DNA of 32,000 nucleotides, taken from the NCBI RefSeq assembly GCF_043950625.1, contig NZ_CP171007.1. One strand, written 5' to 3'. Position 1 is the first letter of the stretch. Every line of letters starts with the position of its first letter. This DNA comes from Alkanindiges sp. WGS2144. Its GTDB lineage: Bacteria; Pseudomonadota; Gammaproteobacteria; Pseudomonadales; Moraxellaceae. The notes beneath the pieces were generated by a model. The model was not told the DNA's origin. It did no database searches and saw only the letters and a list, made by a program, of their open reading frames with translations. Shown here piece after piece: positions 19,849 through 26,145 of the stretch. The translations under genes and the position numbers were made by a program.

Positions 19849-20811
19849 TTATCTGGAACGTAACAATGCCACCAAAATCTCAGCCAGCTGCTGCTTAATC
19901 CACTCCATCCAGTCTGCAGCAGGCTCGGTTGTTTTGCCACCATGTTGAGTAGCAGGCTGCCTGTATCCTGTGCCCTTTTTTTTGTCATCTATCCCGGCAC
20001 CAGCTCCCCAGCTTTGGCTACTCTTGCTGGCCTGGCTGGCGTTAAGTGGTAGCATTATCCGCTTGTTTCTGATTGTCGCTGGCATACGCGGAAACAGGGT
20101 GATACCAATTATCTCTTCCAGCGCCTTAACCGACATGATATCCACCTGACCACTTTGGTCATTGGGTGCAAAATACGCACCAGCCAGCTCTAATTCCGGA
20201 AAATAAACCACTTTATAAACATGCGTGGGTACCAGTACCTGCCCCACCTGTTTTAGCTCATCACTTAAAAAAGCTGGCCCTGTAATCACATAAGCTACCC
20301 GCTTTTGCTTACTCACCAGGGTGCGTGTAGCTTCCTCTAGGTTACGCCATACTTCCTGATTATTGCGGGGGCTTTGCGGCACCATATTGGCTAATGAAAA
20401 GCTGTCATACTGCTGTGCACGGCTTGCCATGTCCCCATTAGGTGCCATATGTCCACGGTCATAACCGGAACGACTATAGTCACTCAAGCGTGAGCGATAG
20501 TATTCAGGAACACGGTTTTCTTCATGAAAATTATCCTGCCTGCTGATGGTTTTGGCCTGCTTTAGACGCTGCGGGGTTAAGTACTCAGCCGACCATAAAG
20601 GCGTACGGGATACACCCGAATACATCACAGCAAAACCATTAAAACATAAGGGATAAAGATGACGCTTTAACGCTGCCTGTTGAATTTGCGGTGCCACAGC
20701 TGCATAAAATTGACTTTGACACCTCTCGAATCCCTGCGCAAACACCCTGCCAACATTGAGCAGCAACACTAAAATTAGAAATCCCCGGATCAACACTATA
20801 AACGACCGCAT
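19849..20811 (-). CDS. secreted DNA/RNA non-specific endonuclease (NUC / beta-beta-alpha-Me, DRGH family)
   Basis: Catalytic SGYDRGHMAP and the Mg-ligand region SLANMVPQSPRNNQEVW are present. I place the start at the ATG at 20811 (GAGAG Shine-Dalgarno upstream), giving the signal peptide MRSFIVLIRGFLILVLLLNVGRVFA. The ORF-track start at 20898 adds 29 unlikely residues. Confidence 0.85.
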   Translation of the reverse strand: MRSFIVLIRGFLILVLLLNVGRVFAQGFERCQSQFYAAVAPQIQQAALKRHLYPLCFNGFAVMYSGVSRTPLWSAEYLTPQRLKQAKTISRQDNFHEENRVPEYYRSRLSDYSRSGYDRGHMAPNGDMASRAQQYDSFSLANMVPQSPRNNQEVWRNLEEATRTLVSKQKRVAYVITGPAFLSDELKQVGQVLVPTHVYKVVYFPELELAGAYFAPNDQSGQVDIMSVKALEEIIGITLFPRMPATIRNKRIMLPLNASQASKSSQSWGAGAGIDDKKKGTGYRQPATQHGGKTTEPAADWMEWIKQQLAEILVALLRSR

Positions 20812-21051
20812 ACAACTCTCAAACTTATTACTCAAATATCCAGGTACTAGTCCCAAATGCATACATTGCTTACATTTTGTTTGTAAACCTCTATACAAAA
20901 TTAACCCAGCTTACAATGAAGTTACATAAAACCTTTTAGCAGGGTGGTTAAGCTTGTCCCGGCCAAATAATGGCCTTAGCCAATTTCATCACTTTTAACT
21001 GAAAAAGTGTGAGTTGATTAACTTAATAAATCCTGTCCTAAGGAGTCTTTC

Positions 21052-21312
21052 ATGTTAAGCCTAAAAACCCTGAGCACGCGTTTACTTGCCCTTTCTGTTT
21101 TGTCTGCCGCTCTAGTAGCACCGGCATTTGCAGATAACACCACTGCACCTGAAGCCAACACCACTGTTGCAGAAGTAGCTGCTCCAGCTGCCGACTCTGC
21201 CGCCCCTACTGCTGAACCCAATAGTGCAGCTACTACTGATGCTACTGCTACAGCCACTGATAGCACTCCAGCTACTACTGATACAGACAGTAACAACACT
21301 GAGCAACAATAA
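21052..21312 (+). CDS. small secreted Ala/Thr/Asp-rich low-complexity protein
   Basis: An AAGGAG Shine-Dalgarno sequence lies 8 nt upstream. The signal peptide MLSLKTLSTRLLALSVLSAALVAPAFA is followed by DN. The mature ~59 aa consist of A/T/D/N/S/P/E repeats (ATTD ATATATD STPATTD). Confidence 0.6.
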   Translation: MLSLKTLSTRLLALSVLSAALVAPAFADNTTAPEANTTVAEVAAPAADSAAPTAEPNSAATTDATATATDSTPATTDTDSNNTEQQ

Positions 21313-21335
21313 TTAGTCCGTTGGACTAGTTATAA

Positions 21336-21401
21336 AACCACCTCCGGAGCGCATTAACCTGCTGCATTCTCCTGCATACATCAATGAGCCGGATGGTGGT
21401 T
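21336..21401. other. conserved-apex hairpin element, copy A
   Basis: AACCACCTCCGG (21336-21347) pairs with CCGGA-T-GGTGGTT (21389-21401). An inner CATTAA/TCAATG helix follows, and the apex contains CTGCATTCTCCTGCAT. On the minus strand a U run follows the hairpin. Confidence 0.5.
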
Positions 21402-21610
21402 CCTGAAAAACTTTCCCCAGTATACGTAAAATCCCTGTTATTACACTTTAGCGCTTATGTTTAGCGTCACAATTTGACGTAGTTATTTTTACCTGACTCA
21501 CTGGATTCACCGACTTTTTCCAAAAATGCTGGTATTTGCTCTCTTAATTAAAACCTGCATAGTAATTTTTATTAATAGCCATATTATTTTGCTTCATTTT
21601 GTGTTAATAG

Positions 21611-21635
21611 ACTATAGTAGACCTCTTGCGAAAGT
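21611..21635. repeat. left terminal inverted repeat of the IS (may include palindromic target flank)
   Basis: ACTATAGTAGACCTCTTGCGAAAGT matches the reverse complement of 22485-22509 (ACTATACTAGACCTCTTGCGAAAGT) at 24 of 25 positions. Confidence 0.8.
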
Positions 21636-21659
21636 AAAAACTGCCTCAATATAGATTTC

Positions 21660-22482
21660 ATGAAATATCAGAAATTAAACCGTTTTTCAGATTCTGAATT
21701 CAAGCGCTTGGTTGGTGTACCTCGACCAGTTTTTAGTGAAATGGTCGAAGTTTTAAAAGAAGCAGAATCACTTAAAAAGAAATCTGGGCGTCCTCATACT
21801 TTAGTTATAGAGGATCAATTATTATTAACACTCAATTACTTACGGAATTACAGCACTCAATTGGAATTGGCTGCAAATTACCATATCGCTGAAAGTAATG
21901 TGAATCGAACTATTAAAAAGGTTGAAGATGCATTAATGAAATCAAGACGTTTTACCTTGCCAAAACGAAGCATTACCACAGCAAACGAACAATTTAACTG
22001 GGTCATTATTGATGCTACAGAATGTTCAATAGAACGCCCGAAAAAAAAATCAGAGTAAGTTCTACAGTGGTAAAAAGAAGAAACATACGCTAAAAGCCCA
22101 AGTGATCTATCATCCGAAGAGCAAACAAATCATAGGAGTAGATATATCGTCTGGCAGTCAGCATGATATTAAATTGGCAAGAAAAACAGTAAAAAAATTC
22201 AAACATTTTGAATATGTTATGACCGATTTAGGGTACTATGGGTTAGAGCAAGATGGCTTTAAATTATTGATGCCAATAAAGAAAAAGAAGAATTTACCCT
22301 TATTTGATGTTGAGAAAAAGTACAATAAAATGATTGGAAAAATACGAGTTGTAATCGAACATATTAACAGTCAATTGAAAAGATTTAGAATACTAAGTGA
22401 ACGCTATCGAAATCGACGGAAAAGATTCGGTTTACGCATTAACTTAATCGCTGCACTGGTAAACCGGATGAACTTGCAATAA
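21660..22482 (+). CDS. IS5-family DDE transposase, encoded in two frames (orfA 21660..22058; orfB frame open 22033..22482); fusion requires a +1 shift at an A9 run
   Basis: OrfA is an HTH region (FKRLVGVPRPVFSEMV...) ending in IIDATECSIERPKK (first D). The orfB frame reads KKNQSKFYSGKKKKHTLKAQVIY...MTDLGYYG (second D)...VIEHINSQLKRFRIL (E). The two frames overlap only at 22033-22058, around the A9 run at 22041-22049. Confidence 0.8.
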
Positions 22483-22484
22483 CG

Positions 22485-22509
22485 ACTTTCGCAAGAGGTC
22501 TAGTATAGT
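22485..22509. repeat. right terminal inverted repeat of the IS
   Basis: ACTTTCGCAAGAGGTCTAGTATAGT is the reverse complement of the left repeat with one mismatch, at 21617 versus 22503. Confidence 0.8.
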
Positions 22510-22540
22510 GATATCATCAATGCTTTGCTTTATAATATGC

Positions 22541-22604
22541 AAAAGCCGTCACAGTTTATTAATTTCCTGCACTCTCCTACATTAATCATTCTGTGATGGC
22601 TTTT
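22541..22604. other. conserved-apex hairpin element, copy B
   Basis: AAAAGCCGTCACAG (22541-22554) pairs with CTGTGATGGCTTTT (22591-22604). An inner ATTAAT/ATTAAT helix follows (22558-22563 / 22581-22586). The apex is TTCCTGCACTCTCCTAC. Confidence 0.5.
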
Positions 22605-22893
22605 AATTTCATTCTTCAATTTACTTCACCTGCTGCTCTACTCGCCTGAGTTAAGAGAAGTTTCATCTATTTTCCGCAATTTTTACTTTTGCTTCTATAT
22701 ACCTGGTAACTTTTTACAAAGGAATGAAAAAGCAAACACCTCAATGTACTCAGAAACATAAAACCCGTCATACACGACATTAGACATAACACAATATACG
22801 GTTCCCTTATATTTTTCCTCACTGAACTCCTTAATATTGAACTATCTTTCTGCTACCAAATACATAGCCTGACTTTAAGCATTAAGCTGGCTC

Positions 22894-22915
22894 AACCTAC
22901 GGTAGGTTCATTTTT
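22894..22915 (+). terminator. weak terminator-like hairpin about 50 nt upstream of the 22967 start codon
   Basis: AACCTA-cgg-TAGGTT followed by CATTTTTATT. The stem is short (5-6 bp), so the call is tentative. Confidence 0.3.
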
Positions 22916-22966
22916 ATTCAATAGATTATTCATCTCTATTTTTGGTTTATTTTTTGGAGACGTTTT

Positions 22967-23287
22967 ATGACTCAATTTAAACAGCTTGCAGCACTGACAG
23001 TACTGGCTAGCGCTTTGGCAGCCCCTTCAATTACATTGGCTGAACCTACTCCACCAGCAGGCACTACTGTTGATACAATTGCCTTAACCAATGTACAAAC
23101 CAACGTCAGCAGCAGCACCAGCATGGATTCATCAAGCAATTCTATGATAAACAATCATGGCGCAACGACTAATAGCGACATGATGCCCCACAATGATATG
23201 GGCATGCCAATGACCTCTGATCCTGACGCCTCAAATGAAGATAACCCTGCCGTTAACAATAATGCAGGCACAACACCTACTCCGTAG
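22967..23287 (+). CDS. small secreted Ser/Thr/Asn-rich protein with a Met/His/Asp-rich cluster
   Basis: A GGAGA Shine-Dalgarno sequence lies upstream. The signal peptide MTQFKQLAALTVLASALAAPSITLA is followed by EP. The mature part is low-complexity and contains SDMMPHNDMGMPMTSDPD. Confidence 0.6.
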   Translation: MTQFKQLAALTVLASALAAPSITLAEPTPPAGTTVDTIALTNVQTNVSSSTSMDSSSNSMINNHGATTNSDMMPHNDMGMPMTSDPDASNEDNPAVNNNAGTTPTP

Positions 23288-23349
23288 CCCTATTTTTAAG
23301 ACTTTACGCTTTTGCAAGTCCCTCATTCATCCCTTACTTGCAAAAATTT

Positions 23350-23380
23350 AAAGCTGGTCCCCAAAGCCAGCTTTATTTAT
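23350..23380. terminator. bidirectional terminator between the 22967 gene and kup
   Basis: AAAGCTGG-tccccaaag-CCAGCTTT (23350-23374) is followed by ATTTAT on the plus strand and by AAATTTTT on the minus strand. A second 10-bp hairpin, TTTTGCAAGT/ACTTGCAAAA, lies just upstream at 23310-23345. Confidence 0.6.
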
Positions 23381-23412
23381 GCAGTGATGATATTGATCCA
23401 ACAAATCAGGTT

Positions 23413-25290
23413 TTATATCTCGATTTGCGTACCCATCTCTACCACCCGGTTAGTAGGAATCTGAAAGAAATCACTGGCTGAGCTGGTATTACGCTGCATA
23501 GAAATAAACAGCTTTTCCCGCCAGGGCGCCATTTCCTCCCCTACGCCGTGAACCAGCCGCTCGCGTGATACAAAAAAGCTGCTACTCATCAGATCATACT
23601 CCTGCCCCAGTAAAGCCAGCGCCTGTTCCAGCGCCTGTGGTGCATTGGGCTGCTCTTTAAACCCGTAATACGCCTTGATACGAATAAAGCGCTCATCCAG
23701 CTGCTCTGCTTCTACTCGCTGGTCTGCATCCACATAAGGAATTTCCTGAGTACGAATAGTCATCAGAATATTACGCGCATGCAGCACTTTGTTGTGTTTA
23801 AGATTATGCAATAAAGCATGCGGCACCACGCCAGGGTTACTGGTCATAAATATTGCCGTACCGCTAACAATATTTGGCCCCGCTCCTAGGCTTTTGATAA
23901 AAATATCCAGCGGCATGGTATCGCGCTGTAGCCGATTAAACATAATTTCACGGCCGCGCTTCCAGGTCATCATCAGCACAAAAACCACGACAGCAATGAC
24001 CATGGGTACCCAGCCTCCGGCAGCAATTTTAAGTGAAGTCGCGCTGACCAGCACCACATCAATAATAATAAAAGGCACAATAAACAGGGCAACTTTCCAC
24101 GATTTCCAGCGCCAGCTCCAATACACTAGCGCCCCGACCAATATGGTGTCACACAACATAGTCAGGGTCACGGCAACACCATAGGCAGAAGCCAGATTGG
24201 TACTATTCTGAAATAGCAAAATCAATATCAGGATAGAAACAAACAGCAACCAGTTTAAAAACGGTACATAAATCTGTCCTTCTTCTGACTCCGAAGTATG
24301 CCGAATCGCTAAACGTGGTAAATAACCCAGCTGGATTGCCTGCCGTGCCATAGAAAACACCCCGGTAATCACCGCTTGCGAAGCAATGACCGCAGCAATA
24401 GTGGCCAGAATAATCATGGGATACAGCGCCCAGCCGGGCACAAGCAGGTAAAATGGATTGGCAATGGCCGAAGGATCGCGCAACAATAAAGCGCCCTGAC
24501 CAGCATAATTAAGCAGCAAACAGGGTAAAACCACGGTAAACCACGCCATACGGATAGGCATGCGGCCAAAATGACCCATGTCCGCATATAAGGCCTCGCC
24601 TCCTGTAATGGTCAACACCACCGCGCTCATGGTAAAAAAGGCAATAAGAGGGTGATGCACAATAAACCCAATAGCCCAGTGCGGGCTCACCATGGCCAGC
24701 ACAAAAGGGCTTTGAATCACACTAATCAAGCCCCAAATGCCCAGCACCAAAAACCAGACCAGCGTAATAGGGCCAAAAAACTTGCCCATCACCGCCGACC
24801 CCTGCCGCTGCACAAAAAACAGTGCAGTTAATATTCCGATTGCCAGCGGTACCAAATAGGGATTAAACACAGGGGTGGCAATGGATAAGCCTTCAATGGC
24901 TGATAGCACTGAAATAGCCGGTGTAATGATGCCATCACCAAAAAACAGCGAAGCGCCAATGAAACCCAAAGATACTAAAATCAGCTTTTGATTGCGGCTC
25001 AATCCTGCCCGGCGCAAATTCAAAGCCAGTAGCGCCATAATACCGCCTTCGCCATTGTTATCAGCGCGCATGATGATCATGACATATTTAAAAGAAATGA
25101 TGAGCATGATGCACCAGAAAATAATGGACAAAATGCCCAGTACACTTTCTTCAGTAATGGCAATATCATGGGCTGCATGAAAACACTGTTTTAAGGCATA
25201 GAGCGGACTGGTACCAATATCACCGAATACCACCCCCAAGGCGGCAAGTGTCATCGCGGGCAGCGCAGCTCGCTTTGTCTGTGTTTGCAT
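23413..25290 (-). CDS. kup: low-affinity potassium uptake protein Kup (KUP/HAK/KT family)
   Basis: 625 aa. The N-terminal [17 protein letters not shown] signature, 12 TM helices and a C-terminal cytoplasmic domain are typical of Kup. Confidence 0.9.
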   Translation of the reverse strand: MQTQTKRAALPAMTLAALGVVFGDIGTSPLYALKQCFHAAHDIAITEESVLGILSIIFWCIMLIISFKYVMIIMRADNNGEGGIMALLALNLRRAGLSRNQKLILVSLGFIGASLFFGDGIITPAISVLSAIEGLSIATPVFNPYLVPLAIGILTALFFVQRQGSAVMGKFFGPITLVWFLVLGIWGLISVIQSPFVLAMVSPHWAIGFIVHHPLIAFFTMSAVVLTITGGEALYADMGHFGRMPIRMAWFTVVLPCLLLNYAGQGALLLRDPSAIANPFYLLVPGWALYPMIILATIAAVIASQAVITGVFSMARQAIQLGYLPRLAIRHTSESEEGQIYVPFLNWLLFVSILILILLFQNSTNLASAYGVAVTLTMLCDTILVGALVYWSWRWKSWKVALFIVPFIIIDVVLVSATSLKIAAGGWVPMVIAVVVFVLMMTWKRGREIMFNRLQRDTMPLDIFIKSLGAGPNIVSGTAIFMTSNPGVVPHALLHNLKHNKVLHARNILMTIRTQEIPYVDADQRVEAEQLDERFIRIKAYYGFKEQPNAPQALEQALALLGQEYDLMSSSFFVSRERLVHGVGEEMAPWREKLFISMQRNTSSASDFFQIPTNRVVEMGTQIEI

Positions 25291-25371
25291 AACCTTTTAA
25301 ATGTCTAGTTATAATCCGGCCATAGTAGCACTGGAAAATAATCAATAAAGTACATTTACATAAAATAGCGA

Positions 25372-25400
25372 TTGGCAAAACCCGGTTTTTTCGCTAGAAT
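25372..25400 (+). promoter_or_regulatory. sigma70 promoter of tRNA-Ser
   Basis: TTGGCA (25372-25377), a 17-nt spacer, then TAGAAT (25395-25400). The tRNA starts 11 nt downstream of the -10 element. Confidence 0.6.
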
Positions 25401-25410
25401 CGCAGCCCTT

Positions 25411-25500
25411 GGTGAGGTGTCCGAGTGGCTGAAGGAGCACGCCTGGAAAGTGTGTATACGTTTGCGCGTATCGAGGGTTCGAATCCCTCTCTCACCGCCA
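25411..25500 (+). tRNA. tRNA-Ser (anticodon GGA), class II with long variable arm
   Basis: GGTGAGGTGTCCGAGTGGCTGAAGGAGCACGCCTGGAAAGTGTG...GGTTCGAATCCCTCTCTCACCGCCA. It is nearly identical over most of its length to my recollection of E. coli tRNA-Ser(GGA). The anticodon loop is CTGGAAA. Confidence 0.9.
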
Positions 25501-25507
25501 TATTTTT

Positions 25508-25540
25508 AACCCGGCCTTGTTCAAAATGCCGGGTTTTTTA
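25508..25540 (+). terminator. intrinsic terminator after tRNA-Ser
   Basis: AACCCGGC (25508-25515), a 12-nt loop, then GCCGGGTT (25528-25535) running into TTTTTT. Confidence 0.75.
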
Positions 25541-25612
25541 ATTGCTTTATTCTTACAAAAAATAATATGTCCACTCAAAAATTAACCACTTGGCTCTCCA
25601 GACTCCTCTAAG

Positions 25613-25636
25613 CTGGGAAGTATCGATACTTCCCAG
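25613..25636. promoter_or_regulatory. perfect 24-bp palindrome, candidate operator upstream of the lipoprotein gene
   Basis: CTGGGAAGTATC|GATACTTCCCAG, with no mismatch, 70 nt upstream of the ATG at 25706. Confidence 0.4.
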
Positions 25637-25705
25637 AAGTACCCAAAGGCAAATGTTTGCTCTCTGTTTCCCGAACCTTAAAAAACTATTTGTGGGGAAA
25701 TATCC

Positions 25706-26056
25706 ATGAAAATTTATCCTCTATATCTTAGCGTCATATTGCTCACTGGATGCGTCACCACCCAAAGCTTTCAAAGCAGTATGAACCGCTTTGTTGGTCA
25801 ACCTGCTAGCGCCTTAACCCATGAATTTGGCCAGCCAACGCAGCAACTTCTACAAGCAGGCAAAACCATTCTGGTATTTCAGCCAGTACAGTTAAATATC
25901 CCGCTGACTCCCCCTACAACTGATCAGGCCAACCCTGCAGTCATTAGCCCAAGCAATAGCGAAAGCTTCCCGGCAGATTGCCGGGTATTTTTTACTATTG
26001 AATACGCTAAGGTGACGAACTGGTATTCTCAGGGCAAAGATTGCCCCGGACAATAA
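25706..26056 (+). CDS. small lipoprotein of unknown function
   Basis: A GGGGA Shine-Dalgarno sequence lies upstream. The lipobox is MKIYPLYLSVILLTGC (LTG followed by Cys). 116 aa. Confidence 0.65.
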   Translation: MKIYPLYLSVILLTGCVTTQSFQSSMNRFVGQPASALTHEFGQPTQQLLQAGKTILVFQPVQLNIPLTPPTTDQANPAVISPSNSESFPADCRVFFTIEYAKVTNWYSQGKDCPGQ

Positions 26057-26096
26057 TACCAACCCTATAAAAGCTACTTTTCTAAAAACAAATCAT

Positions 26097-26124
26097 AAAA
26101 AAAGAGAGCCGAAGCTCCCTTTTT
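26097..26124 (-). terminator. intrinsic terminator after rpoC (also usable, less well, for the lipoprotein gene)
   Basis: The minus strand reads GGGAGC-TTCG-GCTCTC followed by TTTTTTT, with one G-U pair. On the plus strand the same stem has an A-C mismatch and is followed by TTTT. Confidence 0.75.
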
Positions 26125-26145
26125 CAACGTGAAACAAACCTAGAT

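Larger units (their letters stand above)
21611..22509 (+). mobile_element. IS5-family insertion sequence (small ~0.9 kb two-frame type, IS427/IS1031-like); outer limits given, core at least 21621..22499
   Basis: Terminal inverted repeats flank a DDE transposase split into two frames. The segment is much more AT-rich than its surroundings (hand count of one 60-nt line about 32% GC, versus about 53% in a czcB line). Confidence 0.85.

Noticed and set aside
21018-21309. Two minus-strand ORFs (93 and 65 aa) antisense to the 21052 secreted-protein gene
   Set aside because: They are artefacts of repetitive GCN/ACN codons. Only the plus-strand frame has a Shine-Dalgarno sequence, a signal peptide and a cleavage site.
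21314-22600. Mini-ORFs on the minus strand of hairpin copies A and B (MYAGECSRLMRSGGGFITSPTD and MINVGECRKLINCDGFCIL) that look weakly similar (xGEC[SR][RK]L[MI])
   Set aside because: Neither has a Shine-Dalgarno sequence. The similarity is confined to about 12 codons that coincide with the conserved hairpin apex, and the remainder diverges where the stems covary. An RNA or DNA structure explains the conservation better than coding.
22972-23154. 60-aa minus-strand ORF antisense to the 22967 gene
   Set aside because: It is a shadow ORF of a low-complexity gene and has no start signals.
14364-25540. tRNA-Phe and tRNA-Ser as possible genomic-island integration sites
   Set aside because: No integrase gene flanks either tRNA, and I saw no direct repeat of a tRNA 3' end in the window. 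Genes adjacent to both tRNAs are ordinary housekeeping genes. The IS-containing AT-rich islet (about 21.0-23.3 kb) is not adjacent to either tRNA.
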